DNA of 64,000 nt from Deinococcales bacterium (GCA_043778225.1 JAYWGM010000028.1:32001-96000); one strand, 5' to 3'. Counted from the stretch's first letter, positions 38,425 to 48,899 are shown. The notes: generated by a model from the sequence alone, not told the origin. Made by a program: numbers and translations.

Positions 38425-39786
38425 ATGAGTCAGCAAAACTTAGAATTTACACCAGGGTTGCAAACAAACGAGGTTGAACTAACACAATCGCACCTCGAGA
38501 CCAGTCGAGCCATTGTTGAATTGCTGGCAGGTGCAGTAACACAGCGCGATTTCACAGTACGCTGGTGGAATGGCATCGAGGACGCGCCGCCTAAAATTTC
38601 GCGCTTTACATTGACGCTGGGTCACCCCGGCGCACTGCGGCGAATGCTCATGCCGCCGACAGAACTCGCATTGGCTGAAGCCTTTATCCGCAAAGACTGG
38701 GATGCTGATGACTTGAGCGCAGCCCTTGGGTTTCAGGAAGCCTTTGCCACTGCCTCGAGTCCAGCCAAGCTCGCCCGACTTGTGCCTTTGCTGCGCTCCT
38801 TGCCAACCGACGACCTCCCCCCAGAAGCGCGTCTCGAGCGTCCCAAGCCAAACCTGAGCAGTGGTCGGGTACACACCAAAGCCCAAGATGCCAGCGATGT
38901 TAGATCGCATTACGACCTTGGTAACGACTTTTATCAACTTTTCTTGGATGCCAAAATGGTTTACAGTTGTGCCTATTTCGAGACTCCAAAGGTATCGCTC
39001 GAGGCAGCCCAAACCGCAAAACTTGATCTTATCTGTCGAAAATTGAGACTGCATTCTGGTGAGCGGCTGCTTGATATTGGTTGCGGTTGGGGTGGTCTGT
39101 TGATTCACGCGGCACAGCATTACGGCGTGCGTGGTATGGGAATAACGCTCAGTAGACAGCAAGCCGACCTTGCGCGTGAGCGCATCAAAGCAGTTGGTCT
39201 CGAGAATCAAATTGAGATTGCAGTCAAGGATTACCGCGACCTGTCCAAACTGACTGCGTTTGATAAAATTGCCTCGGTCGGCATGGTGGAACACGTCGGA
39301 CGCGCCAACATTCGCCCATACTTTCAGACTGCCTATCGATTGCTCGTGCCAGGTGGTGTGTTTTTATGCCACAGCATTGTGGAAATCCGAACACCGCAAG
39401 CCTTCGTGCCAAAGTTGGTTCATGCGCTGACTTGGCGTAATACCTCTTTCTTACACCATTACATTTTTCCGGGTGGTGAAACACCATACCCAAGCCAATT
39501 ACTCAGTGCCGCCGAGGGGGCTGGCTTTGAAACACGAGATGTCGAGAGTCTGCGTGAGCATTATGGACTGACCGCGCAGCACTGGGCAGAGCGTCTTGAA
39601 GATAATCACAAGACTGCCATCAGTTTAGTAGGAGAGCCAACCTACCGAGCTTACCGCTTGTACCTAAGAGCCGTGATTCGCACCTTTAAGACTCGTGTCA
39701 ACGGCTTAAACCAGATTTTGTTGTCTAAACCATTGGCGGATGGCTCGAGTAATCTGCCATTGCAGCGCACAGATTGGTATGAATAG
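38425..39786 (+). CDS. cfa: cyclopropane-fatty-acyl-phospholipid synthase family methyltransferase
   Basis: HYDLGNDFY, MVYSCAYF, LLDIGCGWG, SVGMVEHVG and YIFPGG; RBS GGAGG. Confidence 0.9.
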   Translation: MSQQNLEFTPGLQTNEVELTQSHLETSRAIVELLAGAVTQRDFTVRWWNGIEDAPPKISRFTLTLGHPGALRRMLMPPTELALAEAFIRKDWDADDLSAALGFQEAFATASSPAKLARLVPLLRSLPTDDLPPEARLERPKPNLSSGRVHTKAQDASDVRSHYDLGNDFYQLFLDAKMVYSCAYFETPKVSLEAAQTAKLDLICRKLRLHSGERLLDIGCGWGGLLIHAAQHYGVRGMGITLSRQQADLARERIKAVGLENQIEIAVKDYRDLSKLTAFDKIASVGMVEHVGRANIRPYFQTAYRLLVPGGVFLCHSIVEIRTPQAFVPKLVHALTWRNTSFLHHYIFPGGETPYPSQLLSAAEGAGFETRDVESLREHYGLTAQHWAERLEDNHKTAISLVGEPTYRAYRLYLRAVIRTFKTRVNGLNQILLSKPLADGSSNLPLQRTDWYE

Positions 39787-39810
39787 CGATTACTTTGACC
39801 CAAACCAACA

Positions 39811-41631
39811 TTAAGGCAATGCCAAGACGGTGTACGCCACCAACCGCAAGCCGGGTGGTCCAAACGCCAAATCCAGACCAAAGCCAAAAGGTAAGAAACC
39901 AAACCAAGCCCCCGGAAAATTGATACCAACGCCAGCGCTCCATAAAAACTGGCTCGAGTTGGCATTGAGCGTTAATGCCCAACCAGCATCAAAAAAAACA
40001 CGGATTTCTGGGCTGGCGCTGATGATTCCAGCCACACTGGGAAGCTCGAGCCGATAACCAAATTCAAGGTTGGCAATCACAGCTTGGCGCGAGACCGTAA
40101 AATTAGCTGGGTACGCCCTTAAAAAGCTGTGATAACCAAAGCCAAAGCCTTGTGCGCCGCCAGTAGTCAGACCCAATAAACCTCGAGCGCGAATAAAAAA
40201 TGGCGCAAACCGAGTCTCGAGTCCGAGTGTGGTTTGTAAGCGCAAACTTGGAGCATAACCAAAACGGGTCTCGAGGCTGGCGGTCAGGCTGGTGCTGCCG
40301 ATTTCGAGTTTGCTTTGGGTATTCAGCCCAATTGCAAGGCTGTCGAGGCTGATTTGAATCCTAAAAGCTGGATTTTGATAATTGCCCGGACGGTACTCGA
40401 GTCCGATTTCCCAAGGTGTCCCTTCTGGACGACGCACAGGGTCAAAGGCTGCGTATGCCCTGAGTGGTGCAAAGTCAAAACTGGCTCGAGCAAAAATACT
40501 GTCGTTGCTGTCGTTTAGGCGTTCGACATAGCCAACCCCAAAACCCAAGTTACCAAGTACCCCACCGCTTATATCCAGCCCTAAGCCAAGGCTCGAGTAA
40601 GCACTGGGTTGGGCTGGGCGAGTATTCCAGTCAAAGGCACTCGGGGTCAGTTCGATGGCTGGGGCGATGGTCAGTGGGCGTGGCAAATTACGGGCTTGTT
40701 GTACACCGAGTTCTAAACGTTCACGCCAATTTTGGTTAATGGCGTTTTTTTCATGTGGGTCGCCTTTGGGATTTAAAGTCACACCTTTTTTTTGCAGCAT
40801 CTCGAGAATCGCGGGCAATTCGGCTCGAGCCGTCACCCGACCACGCTCCATTAACTCCGAGACTTTAGAAAAATCAAAGTAGAGCGTGTCAAAAGTCTTA
40901 ACCCGAATCCATGCCTCGGGTTGGGTTTGCTCGAGTGGCACGGTCAGCGCACCGACCAGAAACGAAACAGCATTGAGTAAATTATCGGGTTTTACGCCCG
41001 GCTCTGGCAGCGCCCGAATACCAATCACCACCTCCGAGCCAAGTGCTTTGGCAACACCAACCGGAAAAGGGTCGCGCAGACCACCATCGGCATAATATGT
41101 ACCATCTATTTGTGCAACCGGAAAAATAACTGGCAAACTGATGCTGGCACGAATTGCCGTGGCAGTATCGCCCTCGAGCAAGGCTTTTGGTGGGGCTGGG
41201 CGCAACTCTGTGACCATCACCGCCAGTTTTGGCGAGGTATGCTCGAGTCTGCCGTTTGCCACCAAGGCTCGGTAAACCGTTTCAAAACCAGTCGGGTCAA
41301 GAATGCCCTGAATTGGTGGGAACAAGACCCGCACCAAATCGCCTTGAACAAAACGCAATTCGTTAAGCATAGATTCAATCGTCTTAAAACTGTAACCAGA
41401 GGCGTACAAACCGCCGACCAATGCCCCTGCCGAAGTTCCAACAATGCTGTCCACGGGTACGCCTTCGGTAATCAGTACCTCGAGCGCTCCCAAAAATGCA
41501 AAGCCTCGAGCCACGCCACCCGCCAGCGTGACCGCCACCTGAGGGCGCGGTGCGGCTTGAGTAGTATTTTGGGCTACGGCAATAGGTGCAAACAACAGCA
41601 GCAGGACACAGCAAATTCTCGAGGTTTTCAC
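39811..41631 (-). CDS. secreted patatin-like phospholipase with a beta-strand-rich C-terminal domain
   Basis: Signal peptide; GGVARG, GTSAG and DGG motifs; amphipathic strands in the C-terminal half. Confidence 0.85.
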   Translation of the reverse strand: MKTSRICCVLLLLFAPIAVAQNTTQAAPRPQVAVTLAGGVARGFAFLGALEVLITEGVPVDSIVGTSAGALVGGLYASGYSFKTIESMLNELRFVQGDLVRVLFPPIQGILDPTGFETVYRALVANGRLEHTSPKLAVMVTELRPAPPKALLEGDTATAIRASISLPVIFPVAQIDGTYYADGGLRDPFPVGVAKALGSEVVIGIRALPEPGVKPDNLLNAVSFLVGALTVPLEQTQPEAWIRVKTFDTLYFDFSKVSELMERGRVTARAELPAILEMLQKKGVTLNPKGDPHEKNAINQNWRERLELGVQQARNLPRPLTIAPAIELTPSAFDWNTRPAQPSAYSSLGLGLDISGGVLGNLGFGVGYVERLNDSNDSIFARASFDFAPLRAYAAFDPVRRPEGTPWEIGLEYRPGNYQNPAFRIQISLDSLAIGLNTQSKLEIGSTSLTASLETRFGYAPSLRLQTTLGLETRFAPFFIRARGLLGLTTGGAQGFGFGYHSFLRAYPANFTVSRQAVIANLEFGYRLELPSVAGIISASPEIRVFFDAGWALTLNANSSQFLWSAGVGINFPGAWFGFLPFGFGLDLAFGPPGLRLVAYTVLALP

Positions 41632-41682
41632 GAGCTTTATTCTAAAGACAGGGCTGGGCGGACTGTCCCACGTAGACGAACA

Positions 41683-42102
41683 TTAGGGACAAATCACATC
41701 AAAAGCAATTTGGTCTTTCCAACGGTACACATGGAAGTCTCGAGTATCTATCGTAAAAATACGCTTACAATTTAGGCGTTCTGCAAGGGCGACGAGGGTT
41801 GCATCGGCAAAATCCATCGGTGAGTCAAGATATTTTTTCATCAGCACAGCAATTCTTTGAAAATCGCTTAAACTGGTGTGTTGCACGATAATATCGCCAC
41901 GGTTGACCAATTCCAACAATTTCTCGGCTGCATACCAACCAAGTCGGTCTTGAGTCAGATACATGGCTTCGGTCATGACTGCCACTGTGGTTGTAAAAGG
42001 CTGGTTATACTGACGCATGGTTTCTACGGCAAAACGATGGTGTTTGTCTTGCCGATTAAGTGCCGCTAAAAGCGGTCCAGTATCAATCAGAATTTCAATC
42101 AT
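41683..42102 (-). CDS. vapC: VapC/PIN domain toxin
   Basis: ILIDTG, TEAMY, MDFADA and FTIDTRDF. Confidence 0.92.
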   Translation of the reverse strand: MIEILIDTGPLLAALNRQDKHHRFAVETMRQYNQPFTTTVAVMTEAMYLTQDRLGWYAAEKLLELVNRGDIIVQHTSLSDFQRIAVLMKKYLDSPMDFADATLVALAERLNCKRIFTIDTRDFHVYRWKDQIAFDVICP

Positions 42103-42328
42103 GCTTTTGTGTCATGAGTAACCCAAATTCTTGGCTGACTTGGCTCGATAATTCTGGCGAACCTTCGGCAATACCAAACATATCCTCAAATCGGCTTTGT
42201 GGGATTGTATTTTGTTGGCAATACAACTCGAGCGCCCGGCGATGCAATTCTGACTGGGTAATATTTTGCAACTGCGCCAGTCTCTGGATTTTGCTTTTAA
42301 GTTCAGGCTCAAGACGTACTGTGTTCAT
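42095..42328 (-). CDS. ribbon-helix-helix (CopG-like) antitoxin
   Basis: NTVRL..ELK....LA....ITQSEL.RRAL; overlaps the PIN gene start. Confidence 0.82.
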   Translation of the reverse strand: MNTVRLEPELKSKIQRLAQLQNITQSELHRRALELYCQQNTIPQSRFEDMFGIAEGSPELSSQVSQEFGLLMTQKHD

Positions 42329-42360
42329 ACCTTCGATTGTACCACAAAGTTACTTTTGTA

Positions 42361-42978
42361 TTACCACCACTCGAGTAAATCAGTCGGAAACGCTAGTGGC
42401 GCAATTTTTTGCCCAAGTTCAAGAATAACAGGTGCATCGTAAGCCCAGCCACTCGAGACCAAGCGCGGATTGCGGTAGACCTCGAGCGTATTGTTGTTGA
42501 GGTTGTGAATCCACACTTCGGGGATATTATGTTGGGCGTACATTGGGAGTTTATCGGCACGGTTTGTCTCGAGTGTAGATTTTGCTATTTCAATCACCAA
42601 AAGTACATCTTCTGGTTCTGTCACGCCTCGAGAAGTCATATTGATTAACATAAAATCGGGTTCTGGTTCGCCAAATGCAGCACTTAAACGCACTGGTGTT
42701 TGCGAGGTAATCTGAGCCTTAGCGGCATAAGCCAAGACCAACCGCACCAAAATTGTTTTGATTGAATCCACGTGTGCATTCCCCATAGCTGGCATAGCGG
42801 TAATTGCTCCTTTTATCAGTTCGACTCGCGGCGGTAACAAACCTTGTTCAAAAAGTGCCTCATACTGCACGACACTAATTGGCAAAACTCGAGAACCCTC
42901 AAATCGGGCTTCTGGCTTTGACTCAGGCTTAACTTTTAGCTCGAGTTGGCTGATTGGTCGCTCTAAGGTTTGGGTCAT
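42361..42978 (-). CDS. Uma2 family endonuclease
   Basis: RVELIKG, EPEPD, LLVIEIA and DKLPMYA...IPEVW. Confidence 0.92.
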   Translation of the reverse strand: MTQTLERPISQLELKVKPESKPEARFEGSRVLPISVVQYEALFEQGLLPPRVELIKGAITAMPAMGNAHVDSIKTILVRLVLAYAAKAQITSQTPVRLSAAFGEPEPDFMLINMTSRGVTEPEDVLLVIEIAKSTLETNRADKLPMYAQHNIPEVWIHNLNNNTLEVYRNPRLVSSGWAYDAPVILELGQKIAPLAFPTDLLEWW

Positions 42979-43045
42979 GTCAAAAGTTTACTCCAAAAGC
43001 GTTAAAATAAAGCGTTGCTCGAGTTTTCGAGCCAAGGAGATAATC

Positions 43046-44449
43046 ATGCGTTACGACGTGTTTGTAATTGGGGCTGGACCTGGTGGCTATCATGCGGCAA
43101 TTCGAGCCGCACAACTGGGGCTTAAAGTGGCAATAGCCGAACGCGAATTTTGGGGCGGGGTCTGCTTAAACATCGGTTGTATTCCAACCAAGGCGCTGCT
43201 GCACGTTGGGCAAGAAGTTTATAACGCTCAACACGGCAAAGAATTTGGCTTAAATATCCTCGAGATGAATCTAGACTTAAAAGCCGTCAACAAATACCGC
43301 GAAGGCATTGTCAAAAAACTTTCGGGTGGCGTTTCTGGCTTACTCAAAGGCAATGGCGTGACCATGCTCGAGGGCGAGGCTAAAATTGTTGGTCGTAACA
43401 AAGCTGTGGTAACTGGAAAAAAAGGCACAGAAGAAATCGAATTCGATAAACTGATTATCGCTACAGGCGGCGCACCAAATCACCTCAAAACTTTTCCAGT
43501 AGACGGCACAGACATCACCGACAGCACCAGTGCGCTGCAAATTCCTGAGACGATTCCACCAAGGGTCTTGTGTATTGGCGGCGGCGTGATTGGTCTCGAG
43601 TTCGCCACCATCTATAACCGTCTTGGCAGTAAAGTCGTGGTGGTCGAGCCATTTAAGGTACTGGGGATGGTGGACGATGAAATTGCCAAAGTTGCCCAGA
43701 AAGCCTATAAAAAACAAGGCATCCAGATTTTTAGTCAGACTGGGGTGGTCAGTTTTGAGAAAAAACCCGATGGCTTACACGTCGTCATCGAAAACCTCGA
43801 GACCAAAGAAAAACGCACCGAGATTTTTGATCGAATCATCAGTGCAGTTGGTCGTCATGCGGTTGGGCAGGGCATTGGTTTAGAAGAAATCGGTGTTAAA
43901 TTTGACCCCAAAGGCACAATAGATATTAATCCGCAAACCCTCGAGACCAGTGTGCCAAATGTCTATGCGATTGGCGATGTGGTGCAAGGTGTTTGGCTGG
44001 CACACAAAGCCATGAAGGATGGCATTGTAGCAGCCGAGCGCTGCGCTGGTAAAACCAGCCTCAACGATGCGGTAGCCGTGCCAGGCGTGATTTACACCAG
44101 TCCAGAAGTGGCATGGGTCGGACCAAGCGAGGAAGAACTCCGCGCCAAAGGCTATAATTTAAGAATTGGCACATTTCCGTTGGCAGCCCTTGGGCGGGCA
44201 TTGACCCTAGGCTCGACCGAAGGCATGGTCAAAATGATTGCTGACCAAGAAACCGATGTGGTCTTGGCGGTTCATGCGGTTGGACCAAATGCCTCGGACA
44301 TCATTGGCGAAGCCTGCCTGGCGCTCGAGATGGGCGCAGTGGTAGACGACATTGCATTAACAATTCACCCACACCCGACCCTTTCAGAACTGATGCTCGA
44401 GGTTGCCGAAGCCACCCATAAGCGCAGTATTCATGTGTTGAATAAGTAA
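43046..44449 (+). CDS. lpdA: dihydrolipoyl dehydrogenase
   Basis: GAGPGGY, GGVCLNIGCIPTK, LAHKA and HPHPTLSE; RBS AAGGAG before ATG 43046. Confidence 0.96.
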   Translation: MRYDVFVIGAGPGGYHAAIRAAQLGLKVAIAEREFWGGVCLNIGCIPTKALLHVGQEVYNAQHGKEFGLNILEMNLDLKAVNKYREGIVKKLSGGVSGLLKGNGVTMLEGEAKIVGRNKAVVTGKKGTEEIEFDKLIIATGGAPNHLKTFPVDGTDITDSTSALQIPETIPPRVLCIGGGVIGLEFATIYNRLGSKVVVVEPFKVLGMVDDEIAKVAQKAYKKQGIQIFSQTGVVSFEKKPDGLHVVIENLETKEKRTEIFDRIISAVGRHAVGQGIGLEEIGVKFDPKGTIDINPQTLETSVPNVYAIGDVVQGVWLAHKAMKDGIVAAERCAGKTSLNDAVAVPGVIYTSPEVAWVGPSEEELRAKGYNLRIGTFPLAALGRALTLGSTEGMVKMIADQETDVVLAVHAVGPNASDIIGEACLALEMGAVVDDIALTIHPHPTLSELMLEVAEATHKRSIHVLNK

Positions 44450-44451
44450 TT

Positions 44452-44700
44452 ATGGATTTTTTTGCTTTCCAGATGTTCGCTTCGCTTGCACCTTTTTTAG
44501 GGATTGTGCCATGGGTCGTGAATTTGATTGTTCACCTCACCTGTGCAGTTGTTATTTCCGACGATGCAACGAATCTCGAGCGCAGTAATGGTCAGACTAA
44601 ATTGTTAGGGCGAATTCAATGGAGCTTGATTGGATTATGCACTGGTTTACTCGGCTTGATTGCATATTGGGTTGTTAATCGGCTCGAATCAAAACCTTAA
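44452..44700 (+). CDS. small membrane protein
   Basis: Two hydrophobic segments; 2 nt downstream of lpdA. Confidence 0.6.
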   Translation: MDFFAFQMFASLAPFLGIVPWVVNLIVHLTCAVVISDDATNLERSNGQTKLLGRIQWSLIGLCTGLLGLIAYWVVNRLESKP

Positions 44701-44703
44701 ATC

Positions 44704-44730
44704 AAAAACCCGCCAATTGGCGGGTTTTTT
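44704..44730. terminator. bidirectional rho-independent terminator
   Basis: AAAAACCCGCCAATTGGCGGGTTTTTT between convergent genes. Confidence 0.9.
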
Positions 44731-44743
44731 GTGTACTCGAGAA

Positions 44744-45514
44744 TTAACGCAAAATGCCAGTCAAGGTGATATAAAAACCACCGTTGTAACCCGTGGTCAA
44801 ACGAGCTGCAAAAGCATTTGAGAGGTTGTAGCGTAAACCAGCATAAACACCGAGAAAATCATCCCCATAAAGTCCATTGGAATCAAGGTAGAAGCCAGTA
44901 AAATCAGTGTTAAACGCTAAACCACCAAAGACTCGTAAAGGGCTGCTGATGTCATAGTTAGCATGAATGTAACCGTAGATACCGTCAAAGCGGAAACTCG
45001 GAATGATTTGGAAATCTGCCTCGAGACCAAAGTCCACACCCAAAGCGCCCATGCCATAAGAAGCATCAACAGCAAACCATGGTTGAAACTTAAAAGTTGG
45101 AATGATCGGAACATTAAGATACAATGTTCCAGCCACAAAAAATGTATTCGTTTCGACTAAAGTGAGACTGGCATATGGGCGCAAAGTTGCCTTAAAGGTG
45201 TTCAGTGTACCAATGCTTACAAGTTCAAGAATTAAAGTGCCGCCAATAGCGAGTTTGTCGTTGATGTTGGAATTAACCTGAGCGAAGACAAGTGCGCTAG
45301 ATTCAAACGTAAAATTAAAATTGTAACGCAGCCCGAAAGTTGCCGCAGTGGAGTTATTCAAATCCAAGCCATAATTCAAGCCCACACGAGCGCCGAAGGC
45401 TGGTCCAGGCAAAAAAGTATCCAAAGAAAGAAAGCCACTCAGTTGAGCCGAAGCTGGACTCGAGATGGCAACGGTGGCGGCTAATACGGTTAATGCTTTT
45501 AGAAATTTATTCAC
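44744..45514 (-). CDS. putative outer-membrane beta-barrel protein
   Basis: GGAGGA RBS, GTG start, signal peptide ending ASA, alternating aromatic/hydrophobic strands. Confidence 0.7.
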   Translation of the reverse strand: MNKFLKALTVLAATVAISSPASAQLSGFLSLDTFLPGPAFGARVGLNYGLDLNNSTAATFGLRYNFNFTFESSALVFAQVNSNINDKLAIGGTLILELVSIGTLNTFKATLRPYASLTLVETNTFFVAGTLYLNVPIIPTFKFQPWFAVDASYGMGALGVDFGLEADFQIIPSFRFDGIYGYIHANYDISSPLRVFGGLAFNTDFTGFYLDSNGLYGDDFLGVYAGLRYNLSNAFAARLTTGYNGGFYITLTGILR

Positions 45515-45707
45515 TGGGTAAATCCTCCGTGGCGTATGTAAACACATTTTGTTTTCATCTGGCTACCATCAAATTTAGTCACTCAAGTGGGGAATTTGGA
45601 TTGTGTCAGGGTATTATCATGTGAGCCACAAGATAATTGTCAGCCAAAACTTATTTTTAGACTTTGGTCTATACTCGTTGTGTTGGGCTTGTGACAAAGC
45701 AGCACAT

Positions 45708-47429
45708 TCAAAAAGATGGCTCGAGTAGCCTAAACTGTTCAACATCAAATAAACCCTGCTCGGTGATTTTCAGGCTTGGAATGACCGTTAATGCTAAAAA
45801 CGCTAGGGTGATAATTGGATGCGGCAGGGTGCAACCCAATTCGTGAGCGGCTGACTCGAGTTTGCGTTGGGCAGCAACCACCTCTAAAGCTGGGGCATCG
45901 GACATCAGACCCGCCACAGGTAACTCGAGAACCGCCAGAACCACACCATCTGCTACCAAAACCACGCCGCCTTGGATTTTCTCGAGTTGCAAAATCGCAA
46001 GTTCCATGTCCGAGTCTAAAACCCCTGCACAAATAATATTGTGGGCATCATGGCTGATGGTTTGGGCAATCGCGCCGCGCTTTAGCCCAATACCTTTGGC
46101 AAAACCAACCCCCGTTTTGCCCAGCCCAGAGTGCCGCTCGACTACTGCCAGTTTTACAAGGTCTTGACTTGGGTCGGCTGCTCCTAGCTCGAGACTTGGC
46201 AGATGCTCGGTGCGGATTTGAGTCGGATGAACCCCAATAATTGGCTGAGTCCTAAGGCGGCTCTCGAGGGCAATCTGAACTGGTAAATGCACACTTTTCA
46301 GGGCGGCATCTGGAAAAACATAGGCTTGGGGCGATTCAAGCAGCGCTCCATCTCGAGCCACGATTTTGCCGAAGCGCCAGACAACTTGGGCGTTGGCAGC
46401 TTCTAAACTGTCGAACAGCACCAAATCGGCAATTTGTGAGGCAGCAACTGCGCCACGATTGGGAATGCGCCAATACTCGGATGGGGCGAGGGTCAGCATT
46501 CGTACTGCTAACGGGGCTGGAATACCGCAAGCGATAGCAGTTCGCAGTAAGCGATCGCAGTGTCCATACTCAAGCAATTCGGCAGCATCGGCATCATCGG
46601 TAATTAGCATGGCTCGGGTTGGTTTGAGGCGAGTAATCAGTGGCGCAAGCGTCTCGAGGTTTCGCGCAGCACTGCCATCGCGCACCATCAACCATGCGCC
46701 AGAGCGCAGGCGTTCAAAGGCTTCGGCTTGGGTCACGGCTTCATGGTCGGACTCGAGTCCAGCCGCAACATAGGCTTGCCATGCGTCCCCAACCAGACCG
46801 GGTGCATGACCATCTTGGCGCTTTCCTTGGGCGGCTGCTAAAATTTCCCAGACCTTTGGCTCGAGCTTTAAGACCCCCGGATAATTCATCATCTCGCCCA
46901 ACCCAAGTACACCCTGTAACTCGAGCGCAATTTTAATTTCGGCTGCGCCAAGGTTTGCCCCAGATGCCTCAAAAGCACTGGCTGGCACACACGATGGCAC
47001 ACTTGCCCAAACCGAAAGTGGCGTGGCTGCTCCCGCCTCGAGCATGGCTTTGATTCCAGCCAAACCAATCACATTGGTAATTTCGTGGGGTTCACAGACC
47101 ACGCCAACTGTGCCGCGAGGCACAACTGTTTGGGCAAAACGGCGCGGGGTAAGCAACGAACTTTCGATGTGAATATGGGCATCTATCAGTCCGGGCGTGA
47201 GGTACATCCCTTGGGCATCGAAGGTCTCGAGGGCGGGCAGGGCTGCACCAACCGAGGCAATAAAACCATCAGTAATATTGACCGCTCCTAAAAAAATCGT
47301 CAGGGTATGAACATCCACAATTCGGGCATTAAAAATACATAAATCACTTGGCTCGAGACCCTGAGCCACCCGCACCAGCCTTTGACGAGTAGCGAGACTT
47401 GGAATCGTATCCGAAGGTAGTAGTGGCAT
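45708..47429 (-). CDS. ade: adenine deaminase
   Basis: PGLIDAHIHIESS, EPHEI, EMMNYPG, DGHAP, SDHE and HDAHNI. Confidence 0.94.
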   Translation of the reverse strand: MPLLPSDTIPSLATRQRLVRVAQGLEPSDLCIFNARIVDVHTLTIFLGAVNITDGFIASVGAALPALETFDAQGMYLTPGLIDAHIHIESSLLTPRRFAQTVVPRGTVGVVCEPHEITNVIGLAGIKAMLEAGAATPLSVWASVPSCVPASAFEASGANLGAAEIKIALELQGVLGLGEMMNYPGVLKLEPKVWEILAAAQGKRQDGHAPGLVGDAWQAYVAAGLESDHEAVTQAEAFERLRSGAWLMVRDGSAARNLETLAPLITRLKPTRAMLITDDADAAELLEYGHCDRLLRTAIACGIPAPLAVRMLTLAPSEYWRIPNRGAVAASQIADLVLFDSLEAANAQVVWRFGKIVARDGALLESPQAYVFPDAALKSVHLPVQIALESRLRTQPIIGVHPTQIRTEHLPSLELGAADPSQDLVKLAVVERHSGLGKTGVGFAKGIGLKRGAIAQTISHDAHNIICAGVLDSDMELAILQLEKIQGGVVLVADGVVLAVLELPVAGLMSDAPALEVVAAQRKLESAAHELGCTLPHPIITLAFLALTVIPSLKITEQGLFDVEQFRLLEPSF

Positions 47430-47583
47430 GGTCTATGATACCAAATTGTGTTAATCAGTCGCGTATTTTGACTGATTAACCGACTAAAAGGAGTAACAAC
47501 GAAACCGAATTAACGCCTGAACGGCAGTTTGACCGTTTTTTGGTCAAACTAGAGTGATTAAGTTAATTCGGTATGATACCCCA

Positions 47584-48162
47584 ATGATTTTATTAACTGG
47601 CTTTGAAGCTTTTGGCAGTGATGCCCACAATCCAAGTGCAGCCGTGGCAGAGGCACTAGACTCCAAAAACGTAGCAGTGCGAATTTTACCTGTGGATGGC
47701 GCAAAAATACAAGCAGCGCTTGAGGCGGCTGTTGCCCAAACCCAACCCAAAGCACTTGTCATGCTTGGACTCGCCAGAGGAAAAACCTGTTTGACGCTCG
47801 AGAAAGTTGCCTTAAATTGGCTCGAGTACCGAATTCCAGACAATGCTGGAATCACCAAAAGTAACCAGAAAATACTCGAAGAAGCCCCAGATGCCCACTT
47901 CTCGAGCCTGCCACTCGATGCGATTACAACTGCACTTAAAGCTCAAAAAATTCCGCATGAACTCTCGTACTCGGCAGGAGCATTCTTGTGTAACCAAGTA
48001 TTTTTCTTGGCTCGAGCCTTGTACCCGAGTTTAATGGCTGGTTTTCTGCACTTACCGAGTGATGAAACACTAGCGCAAAGCAAATCCGAACCATTTTTGC
48101 CACTCGAGTACCAGATAAAAGCAGTGCGTTTGGTTCTTGAGACGATGCAAAAAATACTTTAG
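47584..48162 (+). CDS. pcp: pyroglutamyl-peptidase I
   Basis: LLTGFEAFG, EKVALN, SAGAFLCN and GFLHLP. Confidence 0.92.
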   Translation: MILLTGFEAFGSDAHNPSAAVAEALDSKNVAVRILPVDGAKIQAALEAAVAQTQPKALVMLGLARGKTCLTLEKVALNWLEYRIPDNAGITKSNQKILEEAPDAHFSSLPLDAITTALKAQKIPHELSYSAGAFLCNQVFFLARALYPSLMAGFLHLPSDETLAQSKSEPFLPLEYQIKAVRLVLETMQKIL

Positions 48163-48314
48163 GCTGGCTTTTCTTTAGCTGGCATTTAACTGGCTTTACT
48201 TTTCTTTACGAAGTGCTTAATTTCTCATGTCATACGCCAAAATCGTGCTAATGTTCTCCTTGGAGCATCCCAAGACCACCAAGCGTGGATTCCGCCGTGA
48301 AAATGGGTATCACC

Positions 48315-48899
48315 ATGAAAAAACTAATCATCGTTGTTATCGGGTTCTTGACTTCCCTCGCTTTGGCTGCATCATTTGCGGTCAGTGGAACAGTCAAAAG
48401 TAATTCGGCAATTCAAAACTTACGGATTGGCGCGTTTTTGGTAGACCGAAACGGCAATCCTACCCGTGAAATGGTTTCGGTTGTCCCCAACAGCGCTAAT
48501 TTTGCGCTTTCGATTCCAGATACCGCACCACCCGCCAACAGCATCAATCCACTCTCGAGCGATTCCTTAGATTGGCCCGGTTTACTTGGTGAAGTCAAAA
48601 TTACTGGGACTGCCCGTGCGGCTCGAGCCATGCTGCGTGGTTTTCAAGATACTGATAAAAACGGCTCGTTTAACGCTGGCGATAAATTACTCGAGACCAC
48701 CCTGACCCGTGGACGTGGCAATATGGTGCTGATTTACGCCGAAAACCGTTTTCGGGTGCAAGGCGACCGCGGTTTTGACCTGACCCTCGAAACTGGCTGG
48801 AATTTGGTAGCCATCGAACTTGGTAAAACCATCGAGACCAAACGCCTTGACCGCATGGAAAATCTGCAACTCGAGGTTTTTGCATCGCAAGGCTATTAA
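48315..48899 (+). CDS. secreted hypothetical protein
   Basis: Signal peptide ending ALA; DTDKNG Ca-binding-like loop; LETGWN motif. Confidence 0.7.
   Translation: MKKLIIVVIGFLTSLALAASFAVSGTVKSNSAIQNLRIGAFLVDRNGNPTREMVSVVPNSANFALSIPDTAPPANSINPLSSDSLDWPGLLGEVKITGTARAARAMLRGFQDTDKNGSFNAGDKLLETTLTRGRGNMVLIYAENRFRVQGDRGFDLTLETGWNLVAIELGKTIETKRLDRMENLQLEVFASQGY

Noticed and set aside
38479..39294. Long antisense ORFs, such as 271 aa opposite cfa and 204 aa opposite the BTAD gene
   Set aside because: Shadow frames of well-supported genes with no motifs of their own.
42758..43045. N-terminal extension of lpdA in the ORF track, and similar extensions at 53, 3959, 6626, 13557, 21081 and 24017
   Set aside because: They overlap neighbouring genes or repeats; better starts with an RBS, a -10 box or operon packing lie downstream.
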